The notes: a model not told the origin generated them from the sequence alone. A stretch of DNA of 64,000 nucleotides from an uncultured Chthonomonadaceae bacterium (GCA_963817895.1 CAWFQB010000011.1:297342-361341); one strand, 5' to 3'; numbered from the stretch's first letter, positions 30,471-42,825 are shown. Translations and numbers: made by a program.

Positions 30471-30564
30471 GAAAAGTCCGCGTAAGACGGACTGGAACCG
30501 AATCGCACACCCTGTTCTGGTGCTTTTCTCTTTCTGCCCCTATCGGCAGACAAAGGAGATCGTT

Positions 30565-32207
30565 ATGAAGCGTTTGTTCAAGCGCGCCGCCCTGATGCTG
30601 GCGGGCGCAATGCTCGTTCTTCCCGGTACGCTATCGCGGGCTTCCAGCCACAGCGACGCGCCGCTCATCAAACTCGATCCGCAGGCCAACCTGACCGATG
30701 TGTACGCTTTTATTCGCGACCGCGCCCCCGGAGATAGAGTTCTCGTCGTGGAAGTCAGCGTGCGCCCCTTCTCCGAACCCGGCGATGGCGTGATGTACGA
30801 AGCGTTTTCCGATGACGCGCTGTACAGCATCCACATTGCCAATCCGACAACCGGCGCGCAATTGCAGCGCTACGACTTCAGGTTTTCACCGGTAGACGCT
30901 TCCGGCAACTACAAGAACCTGAACACAATTTTGCGCTACGGACGCGGCGCGAACATGGCGAACGGCTCCCCGGACGCCGGCATGATCATGCATGTGGGCG
31001 ACAATCACCAAAACTTTATCCAGACGTATACCCTGACCCGAACCATCGGCAACGCGAACGACAACGACAACGAGTACGGATGCGGGCGGAGACACCGCTG
31101 AAGGTTCCGCCTGCCAATGCGGGCGTCCGCACCACGCCATTTTACAATGATGCCATGTCATCGCGCCTCTAATGGCGTCAATCCCGCAGTGCCGGTCGAT
31201 CCCGGCTTTGCCATTTCGGGAGCCTCGACGCGGGGCGGACTGGATCGCTATACGCAGCAAACGGTGTACGACCTGTCAGGCGGCCTGAATGGATTGACAA
31301 CCTTCTGCGGTTCGCGCGAAGATGGGTTCTATTTCGACACGCCCGGCATCTTCGACTTTCTTGACCCGCGCATTCGCTCCGACCGCCCTCTCCAGGCGCG
31401 GCGCACGTTCGGGCAGACCGGGCAACGGCGTGGATGGCTTCAAAGGCTTCAATGTTCTCCACTACGCGGTTGAAATACCGATTTCGCAGTTGCCGACATC
31501 CCATCGCTTATCAGGCCCCGTTCACAAACGGGTGGAGTCACGGCGGTGTTGGTCCGCGATTGGGCGTGGGCGTGTATGCAAGCGTCAGTCGCCCGCGCAT
31601 CACCCTGCGCAGCGCGTCCGGGCGCAACTCAGATTCCGGCCCGTTCATTCAGGTGAATCGCGAAGCCAATCCGCTCTTCAATGAGGGCTTCGTCGCGCTG
31701 GCCGACAAGGACAACTACAACCGCGACTCGCCCACAAATGATGCAGCGCGTATGCGACCTATGCCATGAACCCGGAAGTGGCCGCACTGATCAACGCGGT
31801 ACTATTCGAAGCACACTCCCACAACCGGTCCAATTGCAACCACAGGGCGGGGCGACCTGGCCGCCGTGTTCATCCCGGACGTGATTCGCGTGGATACCAC
31901 AACCGGCCCGGTTCATGCTGCAGGCGAGGGAGGATTCAACCGACTGGGCTTCCTCGGCGGCGATACGGTTACCAACGGCAGGCGGAGCGGCTATTCCCGG
32001 CGGCTGGCCGAATGGGCGGCGCCTGGGCGATGATGTCGTGGACATTGCGTTGACGGCAGTTGCCAGCGGCCCGACCTACACAGCGGTAACACGTCGTTGG
32101 CGACAATAGTGACCACAACGATCAGGTCTACAACACCACCTTCCCCTATGCGGGTACGCCCCATTCCGGTGCGCGGAACCGCAAGGATCTCCAACCCTGC
32201 GCAATAG
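30565..32207 (+). CDS. DUF4331 domain secreted protein (many frameshifts)
   Basis: A-SSHSDAP, TDVYAF, G.REDGFYFD, NV...AVEIP, QV.R.ANPLFNE, GWPNGRRLGDDVVDI, FPY..TPH spread over several frames; AAGGAG RBS. Confidence 0.85.
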
Positions 32208-32284
32208 GCGCGTTTCCCTCCTCCTTTCTTATCATGACGTAAGAAAGGAAGAGAGGATCTAAGCTATTTGCAGGAACAACAGCC

Positions 32285-33780
32285 ATGAAGCCAGGAACCA
32301 CGCCTTCTAAAATCGGGCTGCTTATGTCTGCTGTTGAGCGGCGCGGCGGTGGGAACATGGGCTGTGACCCATCACATCCGCAAGCCGCAGCCACAAGTGC
32401 AAGTTTGAACAACGCGGCAGTTGTATCGACGAAGCGCGATTGCAACTCAAAACACGCCTGCCGCGTTGCCCGTGCCAACCGGCAATTCGCTGTCGGACCA
32501 GATGATTGCCAAGTGGATTGCCGTCGTGCGCAAAAGCGATAAGGACGATATGGCGTGGGTTAATCTGGGCAATTCGTACATGCAAAAAGCGCGCGAAACC
32601 GCCGATGTCACGTATTACGCTCATGCGGAACAAGCCGTATCAGCGCGCGCTTGACCTGAAGCCGAACAATGTGCCGCGCTTGAATGGCATGGCGTGGGTG
32701 AATGGCGGGCGGCACGAATTTGAAAAAAGCATCGAATGGGCGAACAAAGCCATTGCCATCAGTCCGAAGGACAACGACGCTTACGGCTTGATTGGCGACG
32801 CCGATGTGGAAATGGGCAATTACGATGCGGCGTACACGCATTACCAACAGATGCTTGACATTCGCCCGGACACGTCTTCGTACAGCCGGGGCGCGCATCT
32901 GATATGGCTGATGGGCGATAAGCGCAAGGCGATGTGGCTGATGGCGAAAGCCATTAAAGCGGGCGGCCCGTATGCGGAAAACACCGCCTGGTGTCGCGCG
33001 CAACTTGCCATTGATGCTGATGAACACGGGGGCATTGCTTCCGGCGGAACAGACCCTACAGGACGCCCTGAAATACGCGCCGCACAATTATCAACTGCTG
33101 ATCGCGATGGGCAAATTGAAGGCCGCGCGCAAGGATTATCCCGCCGCGATTGACTGTTACAAGCAGGCCGTCGAAGTGGTTCCCATGCACGATGCCCTTG
33201 TCGCGCTCGGGGATTTGTATCAGCTGACGGGCAAGCCGGAGGAAGCGAAAAAGCAGTTTGCGCTTGTGGAAGCCACGCACCAACTGCTGAAAGCGAACGG
33301 CGTTCGGGGCGACATGCAGATCGCGCAGTTTTATGCCGACCACGACCGCAGCCTGCCCGAAGCCATGCGGGAAGAAGAGGCGGAAATCGCAACGCGCCCG
33401 AACGTGTACGTGGAGGATACGCTTGCCTGGTGCTACTACAAGACAGGCCGCTATCAGGACGCGCAGGCCATGATTCAAAAGGCAATGGCGCGGCACACGC
33501 CCGAAGCGCTGTTTAAATTTCACGCGGGCATGATTGCCGCCAAACTGAATCAGCAAGTATCTGCGCGTAAACTGCTGTATGAGGCGTTAAGCGACAATCC
33601 GAATTTCAGTCTGATTTATGCTCCCATTGCGGCAAACACGCTGAAGGAACTGGGTTCGCGCCCGCTCGACGCGGAACAGATGCCAGCGTCCGTTGCAAAT
33701 GGGAACCTCACCGGGCGTCCACAAGTGGACACGACCCTTTCTCCCAACCGCGCTGACGCATTAGGAGAGAGGAACCATGA
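32285..33780 (+). CDS. Tetratricopeptide repeat protein (frameshifted; end uncertain)
   Basis: LGNSYMQKARETAD..YY, GDADVEMGNY, SRGAHL and DTLAWCYY TPR-type helices. Confidence 0.8.
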
Positions 33781-35312
33781 AGTTATGTTCCCCTCAATTT
33801 CTAAAACATGGCTTGTCTGTCTTTTTAGCATGGCGTGTTTGTTGGCGGCGCAGGCGCTGTTTGCGCATCCGATGGGCAACTTTTCCATCAACCATTATAC
33901 GCGCCTCGAAGTCCATTCCGACCGGATTGCGGGGCGTTTGATTCTGGATATGGCGGAGATACCGACGGTTACGGAAATGAGCCGCCTGGACGCCAATCAG
34001 GACGGCATAGTTTCCGATGCGGAACAGGCGGCCTATTTGCGCGTCATGTCCGCGCAACTGGGGCGGGAACTTACGCTGACCGTCAATGAGCGTCTGGTCG
34101 CGCTGAACATTCGCGCAGAAAGAAGTGGCGTTGCTTCCGGGCGCGGGCGGGCTGCAAACCCTGCGCCTGACACTTGACTTTAGTGCCAATGTGCCGCCTT
34201 CCTCCAATACTCCCGCTCCGCGTTGTCTACAAAGATGCCAATTATCCCATGCGCACCGGCTGGAAAGAGATCGTTGTTGTGGGAGACGCGGCTGTTCTGC
34301 GCAACTCCTCCGTTCCCGCCACCGACCTAAGCAAAGAACTGACCGTCTATCCTGCCGACCCCACCATCGCGCCGCCGCAAGTGACGGAAGCGCGGTTTAC
34401 AGTAGTCGAGGAGAAGGAAGAAAAGAAGAGAAGCAGGAGAAGAAGAGGAGACTGGCAACCCTCAATCCTACAATCCACAATCGTTCCAATCGCCCAATCG
34501 TCCACTCCCAACACCCCTTATGATTCGTTTACGCAGTCTATTGCGACGGAAAAATTGACGCCGGGGGTGATGCTGCTGGCGTTGTTGTCGGCGTTTGGGT
34601 TTGGCGCGCTTCACGCGCTGTCGCCGGGGCATGGCAAAGCAATGGTGGCGGCGTATTTGATTGGCACAAAGGGCACGGCCTGGCATGCCGTTTTGCTCGG
34701 GCTTGGTGGTGACGCTGACGCATACGGTGGGCGTGTTTGCGCTTGGGATTGATTACGCTGTCCGCTTCGCGCTATATTGTGCCGGAACGCCTGTATCCGA
34801 TAATCAGCGGATTGTCAGGGCTGGCAGTTGCCGGAATGGGAGCGGGGTTGCTATGGCATCGGCTGCGAATGTGGCGTTCAGGAGCAGACCGAACGCGCAA
34901 ATGAGGCAGAAGGCGGAGGATACGAGATTCACAATACTCGGCGATGCGCTATAATCAACTGTGGACACGGACGAAGATGAATTTTACATGCAGCGGCGCA
35001 CTTCGGGGCCAATGCCGCTTGCGAACGCTGATAGGATTGGGAATTACGGGCGGCGCGTTGCCGTGCCCGTCCGCTCTGGTCGTCATGTTGAGCGCGATTG
35101 CGCTGCATCGTATCGGGTTCGGGCTGCTGCTGATCGTGTCATTCAGTCTGGGACTTGCCGTTGTGTTGACGGTTTTGGGATTGCTGGTAATGCGGGCGCG
35201 CGGCCTGATGGAACGCGTGTCACCCGGTGACGAAATAGATGCCGGGATTGTCTGTGTTGAGCGCGGCGGCCGTAACGCTGATCGGTTTGCTTGCTGCTGT
35301 TCCGTTCCCTGA
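33777..35312 (+). CDS. RcnA/NiCoT-type nickel/cobalt transporter with an N-terminal exported domain (frameshifted)
   Basis: Signal peptide then HPMGNFSINHY; GALHALSPGHGKAMVAAYL, VTLTHTVGV, GALPCPSALVV. Confidence 0.85.
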
Positions 35313-35362
35313 CAGGGCGGTTTTTAACCATCGATTCAATGCCGTTTGACGTTTATTCGCGT

Positions 35363-35944
35363 TTATTCGCATGCTAACTTGATTGACGGGCATGCGATGG
35401 ATACTGACAGTTGACGGGCTTTGGCGATCATGGCGAGGTAGGGCGGCGTGAAGGGCAGTTTAAGCGCGTCCACAATCTGTTCGTCCGCTTCGGCGGGATC
35501 GTCGGCGACGACAACCTGATGTAGTTTGCGCGTGAAGCGAACGGGGAAATGCTCGTCCTGGCGGGCTACAAGTCGCGCGTCCAGAATGGTGAGCGTGTTC
35601 TGGCCGGTCGTGGCGTATAAATCCGCAACCATCGCGTCTATGCCGCGCTGATGCAGAGCACTGCGCATTTCGCGCTTACTGGTGGAGAGTTTGTAATGTC
35701 CGCGCGGCAGCAACCCGATGAGATTGCGCGTTCCGCCGCTGTACCAGCGCTGAAAATGGTGGCTGCGCAATTTGCAGGTCGTCAGCAGTATCCGCATATC
35801 CGCTTCGACCCAACAGGCGGGAAGATAAAACCCGGCTTCGCGAAACGGTTTCGGATTCGGGTTGGGCGCGTAAATCGCTTCACTCGATTCCGCATCCACA
35901 AACCGCGCATTCGCAATGGTATCCAGTCCATGCCGCGCCGCCAT
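35363..35944 (-). CDS. Hypothetical protein, probably a 5'-truncated bacterial gene
   Basis: 193-codon ORF with bacterial-style codons and no RBS. It shows only a weak resemblance to nucleotidyltransferases. Confidence 0.4.
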   Translation of the reverse strand: MAARHGLDTIANARFVDAESSEAIYAPNPNPKPFREAGFYLPACWVEADMRILLTTCKLRSHHFQRWYSGGTRNLIGLLPRGHYKLSTSKREMRSALHQRGIDAMVADLYATTGQNTLTILDARLVARQDEHFPVRFTRKLHQVVVADDPAEADEQIVDALKLPFTPPYLAMIAKARQLSVSIACPSIKLACE

Positions 35945-36118
35945 TGCGCAGACGGATTCAGCTAATCGAGAGCTTGCAGATAAGCGCCCTTCTGAATGAA
36001 CCTACTGGAAGATGCAAGGCAACTGCCAAATTCTTGAGGGGTGTTTTTGGCTAGGGCGTTCTTAAATCAAGTGGGCAGCGGGCTCAGACAGCACTCCATG
36101 AAGTGAGGAGGTGCACAC
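35945..36118. other. Bacterial/eukaryotic junction
   Basis: Operonic SD-bearing genes end here and GT-AG intron-containing genes begin. The MATE gene intron runs into the junction. Confidence 0.85.
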
Positions 36119-36800
36119 CTGTGTCAATGAGGGCCATGGCAGGGTCGAGGAACACAGCCAGGGTGGCTGGGATCAGGAGGCGCAAGATCTCTGCATCAAG
36201 CCCATCGGCTGCTGGCAGCGCCTCTGCCAAACCGCCATCTTCGGTCTTCTCCAATGCTTCCATTCGCCGCTGCCTCCTGCGCGCTGTGCCTCCATGGCCC
36301 CAGCCAAAACGCCCTGGCACTGATCCGCTACCTGAAATCAGAATGCTGCAGAATAAGGTGAGAGCTCCACCCTGACTCATGCCTGAAAGCCACCGTGCCT
36401 CAAACCGCACGTCCAGTGCCTTACAATCCTTGAGAGCAAAGCATTAACATACATAAACCATGAAAGGGGGATACCCCTGAGGGTGCCGAACCATCAGGCA
36501 ACTCCAGCAAAAGTAGACAGGGGCAGTCAAGAGCGAAGGCAGTAGCGCACCAGGACCACTGCTGCTGAGGGTCATGATGCGCTGTTCTGTGCGTCTGCTC
36601 AGTCTGTGGCAACAAACAGGCTGAAAGCTGCTGCTCCTGCTGCCAGGGGGTGCCAGGAGCGAGCGCTGTGAAGACCTGACCCTGATGCTGAGGGGCCTGA
36701 GTTCTAAGGACTGACCTATCGAGCTGCGTGTCTGCATTGTTCTGATTCACTACTCCCTGCTAGGAGGGTAGCCCATTGGCGTGGTGTTGACCGCTTGAGT
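36119..36800 (-). CDS. 5' part of a MATE efflux transporter (plant DTX/FRD3-like), truncated
   Basis: Exon 36119-36331 (CAG acceptor, GTGTGC donor) encodes LDAEILRLLIPATLAVFLDPAMALIDT. The upstream limit is approximate. Confidence 0.7.
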
Positions 36801-37270
36801 GCATGTCAAGCTAGAGATAGGATATTGCGAGGCAACTTGCAGTGGCTGAGTTTGCCCGGCCAATGCTCAAAGAGTAACGCAAGCAACTTGCACTCCAATT
36901 AGACTTGTAAAACGTTACCCCTCACAGACAAAGGCACTTATATGGCTTTCAGAATTTTACTGGCAGCTCTGCTGACTGGGGGTGTTCTTATCCCTTTAAA
37001 AACACAAGTGGGACAGGTGGCTGCCTCAGAGCACATATTTTCACGTCAAGATAGGCGTCGTTCTAGATAAATACTACAAACACTAATCCTTCTGTGGAGT
37101 TCTTGAACTCTCGAGACGAAGTCTTCTGTCAAGTCGAGACTGTTGTTGCTGCGAAACGTTGCTGCGTAGTGAGCTGAGAATGAATGTGACGTTTCTATGT
37201 TGCTTCAAATGTTCAGCTTTGTCTCAAAGCTTTGAGTCAAAGGTGAGTGCTGTGCGTTCGGGGGACAGCG

Positions 37271-40200
37271 ATGGCTGTTGAGCAGCTTCCGAAGTTCGTC
37301 TGGGAACCCTCAGTTCAACGGCGCCAATGTCCGTCGGCTAAATTCAGCCTCGCTCGCGCTCGCAGGCGCAGAGCTCATTCGACTCGAAGGAAATCCAGCA
37401 CGGACATGAAGTCTTTCCAGGGCTCAAGAAGGGAAAGCCTCGGCAGTGTAGGCAGGGGCTGCCAGAAGAGGTGAGTTCTTCAGAATGACAGCGAGAACGT
37501 TGCTCTCTTCCGACACCTCGTAAACACGTTATTGCAGGCCATAACGGAGTACTCATGGATGCCAGGTACAGGAAGATAGGACCATGCAGCTCGATAGATG
37601 AACACCTTTTCGGCTCAAGGCGAAACTCGGGCGCATCGCCTGGGGCGCCCCGAGCGCTGGCTGCAGCACAGCAGAACCTTCCGCACCAAGATCTGCTCCT
37701 CAAACAGTACGCGCACAAGCAAAGTCTCGAAAGCATCTCGCCACCTGTTCCTAAAAGTGCTCTGATGGGGTGCACAAGGTCTGAGGTTCTCCAAAAAAAG
37801 GACTAGCGATGAGGAGAAGGGTGGGCTTGGGAACCAAACAGATTGATGTCATACAGGAGCGATATCCAGCGCATGCGGGCCCCGTGCTGACAGCGGCAGA
37901 GGCGGCCGCGGCGCGGCGTGCGGCGGCCGATGCCCGGGAGCGCGAGCGCAGCGGCGCCTGCAGCGGAGGAGCGCAAAGCGCACATGATGCAGGTATGCAC
38001 CGCCTCTGAGGAACATCTCTGTCAAGTTTACAAGGATATGCACAGCAACAGACGCGCTCAAGACCCAAAAGTCGAGAGTGAGGCAATAAGATTGACCATC
38101 AGGCGTAAGCGCCCAGGCCTGCATATTGTATCTGGTTGCAGAAACAGTGTTAATGTGTGTAGCGTGAAGCCCCGTGACACCAATGGCGACAGACAGAGCT
38201 CAAGAAGAGGTCCATGGAAGCAAAGTCTCGTCAAGGGCAAAATGGGTGAGCGAGTTCTTGAGGTGTTGGTGATGCAGCTGGCGGAGGAAAAGCGGCGAGC
38301 GGAGGGGCCGAGCGAGGAGGAACGCCTCCGGACGGTCGTGGCAGACGCGGTGCGCAGCAAGGCAGCCGTCGCGAGCTGGAAGCCACGGAGAGGCGAAGCG
38401 CATGAACCAGATGGTCCTGTACAGCAAATGCATGGCCATCAGTGTGTGCACGGTCTTGCTCTGCACTGCTGGTCATGCAGCCCTTGTACCAGCCAAGCAG
38501 GTGCCTTGCAGGTAGTGTGCGGGTATGGCTGCTTCACCGTTTCATGCAGCCGGCAGGTTCGCTTTGCTTCTATTGAGTGTGCGGGCAAATAAAGCCAGTC
38601 TCCAGTTTATCCGCTGAGTGCGCGTAAGAGACTGCATGCAAATGTATGCATGCACCTAGTGGATGGTGACGATATTATATGCTCTCATTTGGGTGGCAGG
38701 AACGTGAAGAGAGGATGCTGAACATGCTACAGGGATCAGCAGGTGGAAGAAAAGAGGGAGCGCGAGAGGCGGGCAGCAGACGAGGAACGCGCTGCAGACG
38801 CGGCCATGGAGGCTGCTCGATTGCGTGCTGTCAAATTGCAACAGGTGCTGTGTGCCTATCAGGGACTGTTCAAATCGCCTTACTTACAAAGCTTGAAGGA
38901 TGAACAGAAAATTTTACGTTGCGTCTCTTTCTGTTTACAGCCTGCATGGCAGCTTTTGCGTTACTCCAGATGTAAAGGACCATAGAAGCCTTGCAACCAC
39001 TGAGTACTCCAAGAGTGATCAACCGGGTCTATCTCATGTGCATTGCTGGTCTGAATCAGCAGCCGAACATCTGGGAGCAGGAACGGCGGTTCCTCGGTAG
39101 GTGAAATTGCTTGTCGGATGAACGCAGGAAAGGGAAGCGGCCACTGCTGAGGAGCGGCGGCGCGGCGCGGCAGTGATAGCGGAGCAGCTGGCCGAGCGCG
39201 AACTGGCGGCATTGGTGGAGGAGGAACGCCGCGAATGGTGCGTCCTACACACCTGTTATTCGGACGGACTGCATCGAGAGTTTCACACCGTGATGCTCAC
39301 CGCAGACACGGAGCACTCTACATGAGCTTCCGAAACAAGCATGATGGAAGCGGCCTGTATGAACAACACTGAGCATGGCAAGGATGGGTTGGCACAAGGT
39401 CGATCTTCAGGACGACATCCTGGTTGTCGTCACAGTCCTTGTTCATTGTCAGCAACTTGCAGTCTTTGTCGATGTGAAGTAACATTGAAGCCTGTGCCTT
39501 GCAGGAGAAGGTGCATGTAACGAAACAGGCCGAGCGGCTGAAGCGCAAGGAAGCAGCGGCCGCCGCGGAGAAGCGCGCGGCCGCTTCTGCCCTCATGAAA
39601 CAGGTCTGCAGAACACGTCAGAGATCCCATTCTATCACCGCCGCCATGGTCAACAAATGTCTTTCATCAAATGTTCTTTAACAAATGATGGTCTGCTCCC
39701 CAATACCAGCTGCATGCGGGTATACCGTCGAGCGCTTGTAAGTCTGGCAGCCTGAGTCCCATCGCCCAGGCGGGGTGAACCAGGAAGTGGCAAGCTTATG
39801 GGGCGTTTTGCCAATTTCAGAAGGAGGGTGACTAAGCATCCCGTGTGGCGGTGCCAGGTGGTGGCCAGCAATGCAGACATGCTGGAGCGCAAGAAAGCTG
39901 ACGTTGCTGAGCGCGCGCCGAGGACCGCCGTATCGTGGCGTACCTCCGAGACAAGGCCGCACGCGAGCAGGTCCTCCTTGTAGGATGCTCTGAGTCAGTA
40001 GTGCTACAGAGAACAGCACTGAGCAGGTTGCAAAAGACAATAGTGCTTTGGCACAAAGACAGTGGCCCCTTAAAGTTTTGGGTTGATTCTTCGAGTGGCG
40101 CTTTCGCGTTTCAATTGCAGGCTAAGGTGCCACGATTATTAGCCTTGTCGAAGGGTCAGTGAATGCAAAGCCAATGGAGGGGACGTAGACATCATCTGAG

Positions 40201-41677
40201 GGTAGTCACGAGCGGGGGACTTGTTTACATTTTGATAGGGATTAGCAGTGAAATACTAAATAATAAAGCCGAAACTACGTGCAGGCGGTACTGGAGGAGA
40301 AGGCGCGGGTGGCGCAGGAGAGGGAAGTGGAAACTGCGCGGCTGCGCGCGGCACAGCAGCGCATGCACGACCGCCAGTCTGAACTCGATGAGCTCCGCGC
40401 CCGCAGGTGTGTTCCCTTTTGCACAAGCCTGCAGTCCTCTCTGTCAGACATTGGGGGTAATGTTTCAAGAGAGTCGCTCCAGGCTCAATCCAGCACAGAT
40501 TGAGCACCTATTAGGGGTACTCCTACATGTGCTATAAGCCCGTATACTTGTCACCAGGGGATCCAAGGGGATTCAAATGGTTCCAGGGGAGAAAAATATT
40601 GATGCCCTGTGCTGTTGCCATCATGCAGATGCAGAACAATTGGGAAACAGGTGGCAGCAAATAGGGGATGTTGCGTGCAGGTGGCAGGAGTCGGCAGAGA
40701 GGGCATGGCGGAAGCAGGAGCGGGCGGCCATCGAGAGCGCGGCTGCGGCGGCCGCAGAGCTGCGCGAGGCGCGCGCCTCTCAGGCGGCCGGCAAAGCCGC
40801 GGCCGCGGCGGCCGCCGCCGCGGCCGAGCGCGCCGAGGCGGCCCGGGTCGCGGCCGAGGCTGCCGCAGCCGTCACCGCACGGCAGCGTCAGGTGAAAGAA
40901 TTGCCAACTCTTGACCACATCAGGGGTGAGGGTTAAAGTTCAGAGTTAGTGAACTGGTTCAGGTATAAGGGGGAGTAGCACACATATCGCAACCGTTGTC
41001 GCACTGCCGCAGCCGTCGTCGCACAGCAAATACAAGTCAACGTAACACGAATAATCGGAATCATTTTCCGGGGATTTTCACCTTCAACTAAGTCCATGTC
41101 CCACGAAACCAGATCCCACTTGTTGCCTGAGAGTGGAACGTTGATCTGCATGCAGGCCGAGGAGGAAGCTGCCGCGAAGGTGCGCCATGCGGCGGGGCTG
41201 CGCTCGCAGATGCAGGCGGCAGCTGCGCAGAAGCAGGCAGCAGTGCTGGCCGCCAGGCAAGAGGGCGCCCGAGCCCGCGAAGCTTCTGCCTTGCACCAAG
41301 CAGTAGTAGAGGTGATTAAAGCGCCACCTCATTCAGCGAGCAGCCACCTTGAACAACATGTGTGCCTTGACATTGTTTGGGTACTGGAACCATGTCATCT
41401 GCTTCATTCAGCAGTGCACTTTCCACCTGCGGCTGCCGTCTGAATTGTGTCTCTGAGGCGACCATGCTCAGAATCAATATGGCACAGAGGCAAATCTCGG
41501 TGTTGGTCTGTGTATGCTGTCTGAAGTGGCATGGTTGAGTGTCTGCTGTGACCTGCTGTGACGGTATTGAGACTGGGTGTGCAGGGAATCAGGAAGCAGA
41601 AGCTGCAGCAGCTGGAGCAGGCAGGAGTCCCAGCCAAGTACCATGCACAGTTGGCACGCAAAGTCTTCGCAATGTAG
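37271..41677 (+). CDS. CFAP45: Cilia- and flagella-associated protein 45 (TPH coiled-coil) homolog, multi-exon
   Basis: Exons encode RDQQVEEKRE..MEAARLRAVK, RLRAAQQRMHDRQSELDELRARR and the terminal IRKQKLQQLEQAGVPAKYHAQLARK; GT-AG introns. Confidence 0.75.
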
Positions 41678-42825
41678 CGCTGCTATATATTGTCCTAGAC
41701 ACCTAAGCTTGCTTGACTCATCATACAATTCATGCCCATTACAGCATTAAAGTTGCATCGCCTCACCAAGCAGTTGTGCATTGACGCTGTGCCTGGAGGC
41801 TGTCATCGCGACAACTCCTTGAAGGCATCGATGTGGATCCTGAATTGAATTGTCTATGGATCTCAGAAGTCAATATGCGGGTTGACCTCATGGGTTTCAA
41901 GGGTTTTCACCTCGAACTGTGTGGGCAAATGGCAGCTCTGTAGGGGATCGCCTTGGATCGAATATTTGTCCATTGAGAGTTGCGACTGTGACAGTCATCA
42001 ATTCTTTGTGCCACGGAATAAATCCAGAATGTGGCAAATATGACAAGGAACTGATTTCCTGAAAATCCACTGTCCAGTGTCATTATGTACCAAGTAATCA
42101 GATTGCATGCCTGCATTATTAGTCCTATTGCTCTGGTAATACGGGGCGCTCTGCCAGTGGACCCCACCGTGATTCGAAATATCTGCGAGGGTGGCGCCAC
42201 TTGTCGACCCGACAGCAGCTCAAGGGTATCCTTTTCGACCCAAGGTTGGAGCTATTTCACACCACCTCAGACCCTTTACATCTCTTAAAAATAAAGGATG
42301 CCGGAATACTTTGTGCTGAGAAGTCAGAATCGACCTTGAATTGTAACTTCGACACGCTGTATCCAAACCGAAAGCCCCGCAAGTATAGACACCGATCGCC
42401 TGAGGAGTCAAAGGTACGGTCTTGGGCTGAGCAAATGTGTGACAACCATACATGGTGCCGGCGTCTCCTCTGGGCATTCAGAGCCTTTCGGAACTTCATG
42501 TACTTTGTCGTGCGTGATATGCCAGGACTTACAGTGTCATCGGCTAGATCTACGGCTGTCGTAAAAGCGACAGCAATTCATAACTCATCAGATGTGCATC
42601 TGTCGGAAAGTGACAACCTGCCATCCCGCGGTTTCTCCTGTGAATACTGATGTAGATGTCGGAAGATGGTGTTTTGATAGGCTTCTGGATATGACATAAA
42701 GGTGACTTGGATTGCTGGGGGTGCTGGGAAAAATTACTTGTGTTCATGCGAATAGACGTTTTAAATGTGTCCTCTAGCCGGTGCTCTATTGCTAAGCAAG
42801 CAGTGTCTGCCTCTTAGGGTAAAAC

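Noticed and set aside
32972..34177. TPR-transporter fusion ORF
   Set aside because: An internal RBS, start codon and signal peptide at 33763-33865 in an indel-rich zone suggest two genes; this cannot be resolved without polishing.
41900..42750. Short ORFs between CFAP45 and the AGP-like gene
   Set aside because: No recognisable motifs or splice pattern; cannot support a gene or transposon call.
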